NCBI GenBank assembly: GCA_965224025.1
Contig: OZ245033.1
Span: 768,001-832,000 of the forward strand
Origin: Candidatus Multivorans sp.
GTDB taxonomy: Bacteria > Acidobacteriota > Thermoanaerobaculia > Multivoradales > Multivoraceae
Reading direction: 5' to 3'
Length of the DNA stretch: 64,000 nucleotides
The position numbers were made by a program, and so were the translations under genes. Positions 11,458-20,907 of the stretch are shown here, piece after piece. The notes under the pieces were generated by a model that ran no database searches, was not told the origin of the DNA, and saw only the letters and a list, made by a program, of their open reading frames with translations. Positions within the stretch are counted from its first letter, which is position 1, and each line of letters begins with the position of its first letter.

Positions 11458-12041
11458 CGGGGGGCGGTCACTCGAACGGCGGCGTGGTCGAGCGCGTCGG
11501 CGGCGCCGGCACCGGCGGCGCGGGGCTGCTGACCTGCCTCAAGACGCTCGGCTACGCGGCGGCGGCCAAGGGCTGGCACATGGCCTACACGTCCGACTAC
11601 AACCCCGAGACCCGCGGCGGCCTGGTGGAGGGCACGGTCGTCGTGTCGAGTGACGAGCCGATCGACAACCCGGTGATCGAGTCCTACACCGTGGTGCTGG
11701 CGTTCGACCACGCGGGCTACCTGTCGTACGGCCCGGGCGTCGAGCCCGGCGGGATGATCCTGTGGGACAGCTCGCGGGTCAGAAACCCGCCAGCTCTCGA
11801 AGGCGTCCGCTCCTACGGCGTGCCCGTGTTCCAGTTGGCCCGCGACGGCGGGGCGCCGGGCCTCGCGAACATGGGCATGCTCGGGCTCTACAACCGGATC
11901 GCCGGACACTTCACGATCGACGAACTGCTCGCCGGCATGGAGGACTACCTGCCGGTGTGGCGTCACAAGCTGCTGCCGGGCAATAGAGCGGTGCTGGAGG
12001 CGGTGTCGCAGATCGATCCGGAGCAGTACCGGGTTGTGTGA
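11454..12041 (+). CDS. 2-oxoacid:ferredoxin oxidoreductase gamma subunit
   Basis: GTGGAG, YNPETRGG and NMGMLG; ATGA overlap with the beta subunit gene. Confidence 0.85.
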   Translation: MTGGGHSNGGVVERVGGAGTGGAGLLTCLKTLGYAAAAKGWHMAYTSDYNPETRGGLVEGTVVVSSDEPIDNPVIESYTVVLAFDHAGYLSYGPGVEPGGMILWDSSRVRNPPALEGVRSYGVPVFQLARDGGAPGLANMGMLGLYNRIAGHFTIDELLAGMEDYLPVWRHKLLPGNRAVLEAVSQIDPEQYRVV

Positions 12042-12051
12042 GGAGGTTTCA

Positions 12052-13539
12052 GTGATCAGACGCGTTTTCTTCGTGGCGGCGGTGCTGGGCGCCGCGCTCG
12101 GCTGTACCGAGGACCCGGCCGGCGACACCGCTGGCGGCAACGAGCAGAGGCCGCCCAACGTCGTCTTCATCCTCGCCGACGATCTCGGCTACGGCGACCT
12201 CGGCCTCTACGGGAGCACGATCATCGAGACTCCCCACATCGACGCCCTCGGTGCCGCCGGCGTGCGCTTTGCGGCCGGCTACGTCGCCGCCGCGGTCTGC
12301 AGCCCGTCCCGGGCCGGCCTGATGACCGGTCGCTATCCGCAGCGCCACGGCTACGAGTTCAACGCTTCGGGCCAGGACTACGGCCTGAACCTGGACGAGA
12401 CGACCCTGGCCGAGGTCATGCGCTCCGCCGGTTATGCGACCGGCGCCGTCGGCAAGTGGCAGCTCGGCTGGGGCGACGGCAAGCACCCCCTCGACCGCGG
12501 CTTCGACGAGTTCTTCGGCATGCAGAGCGGCTCGATCTACATCGAACCGTCTACCGAAGGAGTCGAGAACTGGAGTCCGCTGCCGCTGCCCGAGGTGCGC
12601 GGTCGTCCGATCTTTCGCGGCCGGGAAGTCGTTGAAGAGACCGAGTATCTGACCGAGGTCTTGACCCGCGAGGCACTCGACTTCATCGACCGGCACCACG
12701 ACCGGCCCTTCTTCCTCTACCTCGCCCACTACGCACCGCATACCCCGCTGCAGGCGACCGCGAAGTACCTCGACCGCTACCGGCACATCGAGGATCCGAG
12801 GGTCCGCATCTTCGCCGCCATGGTCTCGGCGGTCGACGACAGCGTCGGCGAGGTCAGGGCCCGGCTGCGGGAGCACGGCGTCGAGGACGACACCCTGATC
12901 GTCTTCCTCTCCGACAACGGTTGCGCCTTCTACCTCCAGGGCGGATGCACCAACGGTCCGCTCAGCGGCGGCAAGCGCTGGTTCTTCGAAGGCGGCATCC
13001 GGGTGCCCTTCCTGCTGAACTGGCCGGGAAAGGTGGAACCGAGCCAAGTCTACCGGCCGGCGGTGTCGTCGCTCGATCTGCTGCCCACGCTGGCGGCGGC
13101 GGCCGGCGCTTCGCTGCCCGAGAAGCCGCTCGACGGCGTCGATCTCCTTCCTTACCTTCGCGGCGAGGTCGACGGCGTTCCCCACGAGTTCCTGTTCTGG
13201 CGGGCCGGTCCGAACCGCGCCGTCCGCCGCGGCGACTGGAAGCTCTGGCAGGTCAACCGCGCCTCGGAGGAACAGGTCGCTTCGCTCCCGCTGCTTGGCG
13301 CTCTGTTCCCGGACTGGGAAGCGCCCCACGGGTCGCCGCTCGGCCAGTTGAACCGGCTGCACGACCTGGAGAACGATCTCGGCGAGCGGATCCCCGTCGC
13401 CGACAATGAGCAGGCGGTGCTCGAAGAGCTCAGGCGCGCCCTCGATGCCTGGGAGAGCGAACTCGTCGAGCCGCGGTGGTGGAGCAACCGGGGCACCGCC
13501 GGCATGGTCGACGACGAAGCGATCGAACTCATCTTCTGA
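12052..13539 (+). CDS. Arylsulfatase-family (formylglycine) sulfatase, exported
   Basis: PNVVFILADDLGYGD, CSPSRAGLMTGR, GKW and SDNG; signal peptide; AGGAGG RBS. Confidence 0.92.
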   Translation: MIRRVFFVAAVLGAALGCTEDPAGDTAGGNEQRPPNVVFILADDLGYGDLGLYGSTIIETPHIDALGAAGVRFAAGYVAAAVCSPSRAGLMTGRYPQRHGYEFNASGQDYGLNLDETTLAEVMRSAGYATGAVGKWQLGWGDGKHPLDRGFDEFFGMQSGSIYIEPSTEGVENWSPLPLPEVRGRPIFRGREVVEETEYLTEVLTREALDFIDRHHDRPFFLYLAHYAPHTPLQATAKYLDRYRHIEDPRVRIFAAMVSAVDDSVGEVRARLREHGVEDDTLIVFLSDNGCAFYLQGGCTNGPLSGGKRWFFEGGIRVPFLLNWPGKVEPSQVYRPAVSSLDLLPTLAAAAGASLPEKPLDGVDLLPYLRGEVDGVPHEFLFWRAGPNRAVRRGDWKLWQVNRASEEQVASLPLLGALFPDWEAPHGSPLGQLNRLHDLENDLGERIPVADNEQAVLEELRRALDAWESELVEPRWWSNRGTAGMVDDEAIELIF

Positions 13540-13565
13540 CTGGGTGCGCCGGCGTCCCCGCCGGC
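13540..13565 (-). repeat. REP-like palindromic repeat (GCCGGC-N5-6-GCCGGCGCACCCAG)
   Basis: Related copies at 37755-37780 and 42071-42096, a partial copy at 59676-59691, and the IS110 target site. Confidence 0.75.
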
Positions 13566-13766
13566 TGCCGCCGGAGGCGGCCAGGAAACGCGCGAGGCGT
13601 CAGCCTCGCTCCATGAGCCGCCGGAACATCAGTCGACCGGCGTTTGTTTACCTGCATGCGATCGCCGCCCCGCCGGCCCCTTGGCGTCGCCCCCGACCGG
13701 TTCTGAGGCTTGAGCCTCGCCCGATGTCCTTGCCGGGGCTCGCGGTGTTTCCTGCCCATGCCGACA

Positions 13767-13794
13767 GCACTCGGTAAGCCCTGTTGTCAAGCAT
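13767..13794. other. Putative recombination site, switch 1 left (11-6-11)
   Basis: GCACTCGGTAA-GCCCTG-TTGTCAAGCAT. The core is the reverse complement of the core at 14960-14965. The inner arm is identical to 48503-48513. Confidence 0.7.
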
Positions 13795-13848
13795 GGTCCG
13801 GCCTGGTTCGAGCCCGTCTTGAGGTAAACCGACCGACACCACGAGGTC

Positions 13849-14856
13849 TCACAGAAACGCCGCACCGGCGTGATCCCGGAACGCGTCCGCCTGCCGGATG
13901 TATCGGAGCACCATCTCCGCGTTCGTGTGCCTCGTGACCTCCATGATCTTGTCCAGCCGTGCCGAGTGGACGGCCGCGCTGGTCACGAAACCGGCTCGCA
14001 GGGAGTGGCCCGAGTAGTCGGCGGGATCCAGGCCGATTTCCCGCACGTAGCGCTTCACAAGTCGCGGGATGTCGGTCGGATGCAGGGCCCTGCCGCGCGG
14101 CCTTCCGCCGCGCCACATCGTCTGGAAAGCAGGTCCCTTGGTGATTCCGGACACGGCCAGCCAGCGCCGGAGCCGCTCGACCGGCCGGATGAACGCTCCC
14201 TCAGGGATCGCGACGCTCTGACCCTTTCCGAGCTGGTCCGTCTTCGAGCGACGGATGTGCAGGAGCATTCCCGCCGCTTCACCGGCGCCGTTCACGAACT
14301 CGACATCCTCCATCCGCAGTTGACAGATCTCCGATCGCCGTAGCGCTCCCGCGAAGCCCACCGCAATGATCGCCGCGTCACGTAAGGCGATCGTCCGGTT
14401 CTTTCTCTGAGCCGCCAGCTCGTCGCAGACCGAGAGGATCGCTGCGATCTCCTGCTCCCGGAGCGCCCTGACCTGCCTGGGCCGTGCATCCGTCAACCGC
14501 CCGAGCCCCCGCAGAACGCTCCTCACCGTCACGTTCCTCGCGGGCGATTCGAGGTTCCGGTCTCCGTAGTACCGATTGATCGCGGCCAGGCAGATCCTGA
14601 TCGTGCCCAACGCAAGCGGACGCTCGGCCCTTTTGCCGCCATTGGACGATCCCGGCGTCGCCGCCATCGCAACCAGGAACTCCGCAACGGTGGCAGGCGT
14701 CGCGCCCATCGGGTCGACTCGGCGCTGCTCGCAGAAAGCGGCAAACCGCCGCCAGCCGCTTCGATACGCCCTCCGTGTGTTCTCGGCGAGTGATGTCTCC
14801 AGAGCTTGCCCGACTGAGACTGCTGCAAGGGAATCGAGGTCCTTGTGAAGAGGCAT
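13849..14856 (-). CDS. Cre-like tyrosine recombinase (SAM-like N-domain plus catalytic domain), intact
   Basis: NTRRAY..W..F..FC, GALRRSE, SKTDQ, GHSLRAG, TRH and RYIR give the R-K-H-R-H-Y catalytic set. AAGGAG RBS. Confidence 0.92.
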   Translation of the reverse strand: MPLHKDLDSLAAVSVGQALETSLAENTRRAYRSGWRRFAAFCEQRRVDPMGATPATVAEFLVAMAATPGSSNGGKRAERPLALGTIRICLAAINRYYGDRNLESPARNVTVRSVLRGLGRLTDARPRQVRALREQEIAAILSVCDELAAQRKNRTIALRDAAIIAVGFAGALRRSEICQLRMEDVEFVNGAGEAAGMLLHIRRSKTDQLGKGQSVAIPEGAFIRPVERLRRWLAVSGITKGPAFQTMWRGGRPRGRALHPTDIPRLVKRYVREIGLDPADYSGHSLRAGFVTSAAVHSARLDKIMEVTRHTNAEMVLRYIRQADAFRDHAGAAFL

Positions 14857-14948
14857 CAGCAGTCGTCGTCTCCTTCCAGGGGCATCGGTTGGGTGTGTGT
14901 CCCTCTGCTCTTGGGGACCAGAGGCCCCTCGATCCGAGGGCCCGGACG

Positions 14949-14976
14949 ATCCTCCGTAACAGGGCTAGGGGAGGAT
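14949..14976. other. Putative recombination site, switch 1 right (11-6-11)
   Basis: ATCCTCCGTAA-CAGGGC-TAGGGGAGGAT. The arms are 8/11 complementary. Confidence 0.7.
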
Positions 14977-14982
14977 TATGGT
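14977..14982 (+). promoter_or_regulatory. -10 element (TATGGT) of a split promoter completed on inversion
   Basis: Would lie 18 bp from TTGACA after the segment inverts. Confidence 0.55.
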
Positions 14983-15142
14983 GGGTCCTATGCTCAACGA
15001 CACTGCGTCGTCGCTCTCGTACTGCGCTCTCGAACAACCGGTGCCGCTCATGCCCCGAGTCAGATTCACTTGACTGCATTGCGGCCCATCTCGGCGGTGC
15101 CGTGGACGCAGTCCGGCGCGAGGAGCACCGGCTTCTGCCACC

Positions 15143-15376
15143 ATGCCGAGCCTCGGCGTAGCGGCGAAGGGCTGGGAGAAGAGCAAGGAGATCTGCGTCC
15201 TTGGGCTGGCCGCGGACCTCAACCCTGAGGCGAGGAGCGGAGGGGACGAGTGCGTCGGGGCGCTGAACGAGATGCTGGCGGCGATCATGCCGGATCGCCC
15301 GGGTCTCGGCGCGTTGGAGTGGATCGTGGCGTCGGACTCAACCGACGCCAGAGACAGGGAGGACCGTTCAGAATGA
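15143..15376 (+). CDS. Short hypothetical protein resembling the N-terminus of the next ORF
   Basis: KGWEKSKEICVLGLAAD versus RGLETKKEIFVVGIAAD; ATGA overlap with the next gene. Confidence 0.4.
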   Translation: MPSLGVAAKGWEKSKEICVLGLAADLNPEARSGGDECVGALNEMLAAIMPDRPGLGALEWIVASDSTDARDREDRSE

Positions 15377-15873
15377 CAAGAGTCAAAGTCTGTCTACCGC
15401 GGGTAGCCATCACACACCGGGGCCTAGAAACGAAGAAGGAGATCTTCGTCGTCGGAATCGCTGCGGATGGAAGACACACTGACGTGAAGACGGTGTCACA
15501 GACCTACAAGGGAATTAGGCGCCATGACTCCCTGCCGCTCCATGGCGACGGGATCGTTCTTTACCCGATGCGAGCTGCGAATGGCGACATCGCCCTATCC
15601 TTTAGTGTTGTCGAGTCCGATAAGAAGCAACGCGAAGTGCTGACCGGGTTGGCAGACGCCGTGGACTCGTTCGACCCGACTTCGGGAAAGGTCGCGAAGC
15701 TGTTGGCGAAGCTACTCGGGAATCTGGGGGTCTTCGACGACGATGAGCTGTATACGTGGGAAGAGACTCTCTCACAAGAAGACAATTACCAAGTCGGTCC
15801 GGATGACCGCCTTGACACCGAAGTCGGCAACAAGAAAGTGAACTGCACATTGAGGATCTACGTGGAGCCCTGA
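15373..15873 (+). CDS. Hypothetical protein (lower-GC cargo)
   Basis: Globular-looking 166-aa ORF with a GGAGG RBS. Confidence 0.7.
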   Translation: MTRVKVCLPRVAITHRGLETKKEIFVVGIAADGRHTDVKTVSQTYKGIRRHDSLPLHGDGIVLYPMRAANGDIALSFSVVESDKKQREVLTGLADAVDSFDPTSGKVAKLLAKLLGNLGVFDDDELYTWEETLSQEDNYQVGPDDRLDTEVGNKKVNCTLRIYVEP

Positions 15874-16372
15874 TGTTCGTGTCGGAGTAGCCGTCGTCGA
15901 CCCCAGCGTCGCTGGGTGAGGCTCCGGCACGAGGCGTGACGGCTTGCCCGAGGCCGATCGAAGACTGTATTGGGGGAGGAGCACGGCCATGGCGAAGAGG
16001 ACTGAGCATGGATACTTGACGGACGATCAGGGTCATCCGTCGTCAATGCGGATGATGAGCATGCTCTCGCGACCGAGGAAGAAGGAACCAAGGCAAAGGC
16101 CAAAGGGCAAGCCACGAAAGAGACTGGCTAGCCCGGTCAGTGAGGAAAGAGGATTCTGGCAACGCTTGGCACGTGAGGGTCGAGTTGTCCGACCGGCAAG
16201 ACGACAAAGGAGCTCTTGGATGGCGACCACGGCGGCCGCAGTGCCGCGTCTTCGAGTGACGGAGAAGGGAGTTCAGGCGGCGACTCGAGTCTCGGAGTGC
16301 GGGGAATTCCCTGTTCGGAGCTGCGACGCACACTGGCCGTGCTCAGGCAGGCCGGCATCGCGGCGTCGGCTC

Positions 16373-19300
16373 GTGCTACGGCGGCAGCGGGGATGGACGA
16401 TCGTTGCTGTTGTAGCTGGTCTCTTCGTGTGGACCGGTCAGGCTGCGGCTCAGACCGCGCCGAAGGTGACGGGTGTTTCCTTCATGGGCAGTCCGGACAA
16501 CGACGATACTTATGGCCTGGGCGAGACGATTCAGGTGCTTGTCGAGTTTGACGAAGTGGTCACTCTGTCTTCCCTGCTGGTTCAGTTGGAATTGGTCATC
16601 GGCACGAGGACGAGGCAGGCCTCAGTCGCTTCTGGTACCGCCCGCTCTGGAGTAGCGTCCGTCCCATTTGAGTACTTGGTGCAGGCGGCGGATCTCGACG
16701 GCGACGGGATCAGCATTCCGGCCAACGCCCTTGACGGGACCATCACCGCGTCGACTCGCGAGGCCGCCGCCGCGGACCTGAGTCACGAGGCCGTCGCTCC
16801 AGACCCAAGCCGAAGGGTCGACGGGAGCATTGTCGTCACACCGAAGGTCACGAGCGTCACCATTGGCAGCAGGCCCCGGCGGGCCGGTCACGGCGGTGGT
16901 TTTCCGGTCTACGGCGATACTTACCAACTGGGCGAGGGGATCCAGGTGAACGTGGAGTTTGACAAACCCGTACGACTTACGGGCACACCTCAGGTGGCGC
17001 TTGTTATTGGTGGCCACACGAAGCGAACCTCCTACGCACGTAGCCTCAGCCGCGCTCCATCGACTGTTCTCTTCTACTACCTTGTGCAGCCTGGGGACCT
17101 GGACGCTAACGGGGTCGGGATTCCGGCGAACGCCCTGACCCTCAACGGGGGCACAATCACAATGGCAGGCCATGCGGCCACCGCCGCGGATCTGACCCAT
17201 GACGCGATCGCCAGCGAGCAAATGGTCGACGGAAGCGCGGCCGCCGCGCCACGAGTTCTCTATGGGCTGCAATATGGCTCTACGGGAAACCCGATCAATT
17301 TCGAGGCCTTCGGCCGCGGCGAGACGGTCCAAGTGTTGATTAACCTTGATCGTCGCGTAGAGGTCAGGGGCAATCCCCGAGTAGCACTTCAGATCGGTAC
17401 GAGGACGAGGCAGGCGAATTACCGCGAGACTTATGCTAGGTACGGCATCGTTATTCTCATCTTTGAGTACGTCGTGCAAGCGAAGGACATGGACAGCGAC
17501 GGGATCGGCTTTCCAGCGAACGCTGTGAGCGTCAACGGTGGAGCCATCACGCTTGAAGGCGATGCCACGGTTGCCGCCGATCTGACGCATGACGCTGTCG
17601 AGGTTCTCCTTGGTAACTCTTACAAGGTCGATGGAAGCACCGTTGGCACACCCAGAGTGGCCTGGGTTGCGCAAGACGGGTCGCCTAGTAGCGGTGGCTC
17701 CTACGGCCTCGGCGAGACGATCCATTCCCGAGCCTGTTTTCGTGGAGGAGTGCGGGTGTCGGGCAGGCCCCAACTGGCGCTTCAGGTCGGTGGGCGCACG
17801 AGGCAAGCCTCCTACGGAGGCTCCTCTTTCGACGCTTTAGACTGTGTCCACTACCAGTACCGGGTGCAGGCGGGGGATCTTGAAGAGGATAGCGTCAGAA
17901 TCCCAGCCAATGCCCTGACTCTCAACGGTGGTTCGATAGCCCTTACCGGTGACAGCTCAGTCGCCGCTGATCTGACTCATGACGCGGTCGTCCCCGGCGA
18001 TGGTCTCGACCGCAGGGTCGACGGACGTCATGTTGTCGCACCGAGGGTCACGAGTGTGTCGTTCACGGGCGATCCGGTTGGCGGCTACACGTATGGTGCA
18101 GGCGAGATGATTGGTGTGCGTGTCGCTCTTGACAAGGTCCTTGCGGTGAGCGGCGAGCCTCGACTCCAGATAACCGTAGGGGACCGGCTCAGGGAGGCCG
18201 CCTTCGCGAGGCAGGAACTCAGCGATTCGCTCCGTTACGATGACACCTTCCTTCTCCTCTTCGAGTACACGGTTCAGCCGGGCGACATGGACGCCGACGG
18301 GATCAGTATTGCGGCGAACAGTCTGAGCCTGAACGGCGGTTTGCTAACGCTCGAGGGTTCACCCGGCACCGCAGCCGACCTGTCCCACTCAGCCGTCAAC
18401 CCGGGCGAGACACGTCTGGTGGACGCCCCGGACACGGGGCCGGTCTTCAGCACGTCGATCGCCGGCCAGGTATGGGTGGTGAACGAGGCGGTGAGCCTGG
18501 AGCTGCCGGAGGCAGTGGGCGACGGGGATCTGACCTACAGCCTGTCTCCGGAGCTGCCGGCGGGGCTCTCGTTCGACGCGGAGACGCGGCTGCTCTCGGG
18601 GATGCCGATGGCGGTGGCGGACCTGATGGCGTTCGAGTACACGGTGACGGACGGCGACCCGGAAGACCCGGAGAGCGCGACGCTGAGGTTCTCGGTGAGC
18701 GTGATCCGGCAACCGCCGATGGAGGTGGGCGGCGAGTCCGCCGGCGACGACGCGGTCGAGGTGACGTGGCGTGGTCAATGGTCGGACGAGAGCCGCGGCC
18801 GTCTGGTGATCGAGGCTCGCAGTCCGACGACGGACTGGACGGTGGTGGGAACGGTGGACCCGTCGAGCGGCGAGTTCGTCGTGCGTGGTCTGGCGCCGGA
18901 AACGCCGTACACGTTCCGCCTGCGATTCGAGTCGACTGACGGTGTTGCGGCCAGGACCGCTTCGGCCCAGACGGCGCCTGAGTACTCGGAGGAGTTCAGT
19001 GTCACGACGGGGTCCTATACCGGTCCATGCCGGAGCGGCGGCAGGTACCTGTGCCTGCGGTCGGGCCGTTTCGAGTTGCGGGCGGACTGGACGAACCCGG
19101 ACCGGGCAGGCGACTTCGGCGTTGGCACGGCGGTGCCGGTGGACGTATCGGGCGAGTCGGGCCTGTTCTGGTTCTTCAGTCCGGCGAATGTCGAGCTGGT
19201 GACGAAGGTGCTGGACGGCAGCCGTTTGAACGGCCACTACTGGATGTTCTTCGGCGCGCTGTCGGACGTGGAGTACTGGCTGACGCTGCGTGACACGGCG

Positions 19301-19870
19301 GTAGGCGGCTCCCAGCGGACGTACCACAACCCGCCGAAGGAGATCTGCGGTCAGAGCGACACAAGGGCGTTCCCCGGGGATCTCGCCGCCATGTTGGGGT
19401 TGTCGTCGTCGACGGAGGAGCCCTCGGGTCTTGCGGGTCTTGAGCCGGTTCGCCTGTCGGCGGTGCCGCTCGATCTGAACACCGTGCCTCAGACGGATGA
19501 CGGCGCCGGTCAGTGCGAAGCGACGGCGAATCGGCTGTGCCTGCTGGGGAATCGGTTTGCGGTCGACGTGAGCTTCATCGATCCGAACATCAAGGATCCG
19601 GACGTGGACCCGGAGGGCGCCGCGACGGTGGCGTCGTCGTTGGGAACGCCGAACACGGGCTTCTTCTGGTTCTTCAACCAGGAGAACATCGAGCTCGCGG
19701 TGAAGGTGCTTGACGGTCGGGGGATCAACGGCAAGTTCTGGCTGCTTTACGGGGCGCTGTCGGACGTGGAGTACGAGATCACGGTGACGGACACGATGAC
19801 GAAGCAGTCGAAGATGTACCGCAAGGAAGCCGGGAGCATCTGCGGCGAGGTCGACACGGACGCCTTCTGA
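16373..19870 (+). CDS. Large secreted/surface protein: 5 Ig-like repeats, He_PIG-like, FN3-like and 2 acidobacterial C-terminal domains
   Basis: Signal ending AAAQ; five ~135-aa repeats (TYxxGE.I.V..FeY.VQ..D.D.DG..IPANAL.LNGG); LPAGLSFD; two FWFF..NxELxxKVLDG..GALSDVEY modules. The start is uncertain. Confidence 0.85.
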   Translation: MLRRQRGWTIVAVVAGLFVWTGQAAAQTAPKVTGVSFMGSPDNDDTYGLGETIQVLVEFDEVVTLSSLLVQLELVIGTRTRQASVASGTARSGVASVPFEYLVQAADLDGDGISIPANALDGTITASTREAAAADLSHEAVAPDPSRRVDGSIVVTPKVTSVTIGSRPRRAGHGGGFPVYGDTYQLGEGIQVNVEFDKPVRLTGTPQVALVIGGHTKRTSYARSLSRAPSTVLFYYLVQPGDLDANGVGIPANALTLNGGTITMAGHAATAADLTHDAIASEQMVDGSAAAAPRVLYGLQYGSTGNPINFEAFGRGETVQVLINLDRRVEVRGNPRVALQIGTRTRQANYRETYARYGIVILIFEYVVQAKDMDSDGIGFPANAVSVNGGAITLEGDATVAADLTHDAVEVLLGNSYKVDGSTVGTPRVAWVAQDGSPSSGGSYGLGETIHSRACFRGGVRVSGRPQLALQVGGRTRQASYGGSSFDALDCVHYQYRVQAGDLEEDSVRIPANALTLNGGSIALTGDSSVAADLTHDAVVPGDGLDRRVDGRHVVAPRVTSVSFTGDPVGGYTYGAGEMIGVRVALDKVLAVSGEPRLQITVGDRLREAAFARQELSDSLRYDDTFLLLFEYTVQPGDMDADGISIAANSLSLNGGLLTLEGSPGTAADLSHSAVNPGETRLVDAPDTGPVFSTSIAGQVWVVNEAVSLELPEAVGDGDLTYSLSPELPAGLSFDAETRLLSGMPMAVADLMAFEYTVTDGDPEDPESATLRFSVSVIRQPPMEVGGESAGDDAVEVTWRGQWSDESRGRLVIEARSPTTDWTVVGTVDPSSGEFVVRGLAPETPYTFRLRFESTDGVAARTASAQTAPEYSEEFSVTTGSYTGPCRSGGRYLCLRSGRFELRADWTNPDRAGDFGVGTAVPVDVSGESGLFWFFSPANVELVTKVLDGSRLNGHYWMFFGALSDVEYWLTLRDTAVGGSQRTYHNPPKEICGQSDTRAFPGDLAAMLGLSSSTEEPSGLAGLEPVRLSAVPLDLNTVPQTDDGAGQCEATANRLCLLGNRFAVDVSFIDPNIKDPDVDPEGAATVASSLGTPNTGFFWFFNQENIELAVKVLDGRGINGKFWLLYGALSDVEYEITVTDTMTKQSKMYRKEAGSICGEVDTDAF

Positions 19871-19899
19871 GGATCGCTCAAAGTGGTGGAGGGTGGCAG

Positions 19900-20907
19900 A
19901 TGCTTGACGGACCAATAGTCGATGTTGCGATCGGATTGATCTTCTTCTACGTGGTGCTGAGCCTGATCTGCAGCGCCGTTCAGGAACTCAGCGCCGTTCA
20001 GGAACTCGTCGCCAGCGTCTTCGGCCTTCGTTCCAGCAACCTCGGGAAGGGGATACACAATCTGCTGGGCGAGGAGTATGCGGACAAAGTCTACAAGCAC
20101 CCGCTGATCAGGCACCTCGCGAAGATCGGGAAGAAGCCTTCCTATGTGCGGCCTTCGATCTTCGCGGCGGCGTTGCTGGATGTGGTGGGCAGGCGCGAGG
20201 GGGAGAGTGGCGCGGCCGCGTTGAGCGCGGACGAGGTTCACGCGGCGCTCGACAAGATGGACGGTAAGGAGCCGGTCCGCGGCGTGCTGCTGGCCTTGTC
20301 GCGCGGAAGCGAGGAGTCCCTTGACGAGATGCGCGATGCCGTGGCCGATTGGTACGACGAGGCGATGGACCGCGTGGCGGGCTGGTACAAGCGGAGAGTG
20401 AAGTGGATTCTCCTGATCATCGCTGGCGTGGTTACCGTGGCGGTGAATGCGGACTCGCTTCGCATTGCGGAACAGCTGTGGTACGACGACGAACTCCGCG
20501 CGGCCGTTGTGGAGGCCGCCGAGCCGTACATCACGGAGTCCGTGAAGAAGGACCAAGCGTCCTCCGAAGGGGAGACCGCGAACGGCGGAGAGGACGGCAC
20601 CCCGCCGTTGAGCGAGACGCTGGAGACGCTCAGAGGCGACCTCGGGACCTTCCCCATCGGATATCCAGGGGGCTTCAATCTCTGTTGCATCACGCTGGAG
20701 ATGATCATCGGTTGGCTGCTGACGATCGGGGCGATCAGCCTCGGCGCGCCGTTCTGGTTCGACCTCCTCGGCAAGGTGTCGCATCTCCGGGGCTCCGGCA
20801 CCAGGGAGGCGGACCGAGCGAAGAAGCCCGGCCCGGCGCCTCCTGCCGTGCCCGCCGCTCCGAGAACGGAAGGGGGTGCCTCTAGGCCAGTCGGGGAAGG
20901 TGCCTGA
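19900..20907 (+). CDS. Conserved hypothetical membrane protein
   Basis: DVAIGLIFFY..LSL, WYKR and GWLLT..AISLGAPFWFDLL; several TM segments. Confidence 0.8.
   Translation: MLDGPIVDVAIGLIFFYVVLSLICSAVQELSAVQELVASVFGLRSSNLGKGIHNLLGEEYADKVYKHPLIRHLAKIGKKPSYVRPSIFAAALLDVVGRREGESGAAALSADEVHAALDKMDGKEPVRGVLLALSRGSEESLDEMRDAVADWYDEAMDRVAGWYKRRVKWILLIIAGVVTVAVNADSLRIAEQLWYDDELRAAVVEAAEPYITESVKKDQASSEGETANGGEDGTPPLSETLETLRGDLGTFPIGYPGGFNLCCITLEMIIGWLLTIGAISLGAPFWFDLLGKVSHLRGSGTREADRAKKPGPAPPAVPAAPRTEGGASRPVGEGA
19971..20006 (+). repeat. Perfect 18-bp tandem duplication, in frame (SAVQEL x2)
   Basis: CAGCGCCGTTCAGGAACT occurs twice in tandem. Confidence 0.95.

Noticed and set aside
15944-16372. N-terminal 143 aa of the 1308-aa ORF
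   Set aside because: It precedes a clear signal peptide and looks non-coding. A short GYLTDDQGHPSSMRMMS stretch may be a gene remnant but cannot be assigned.
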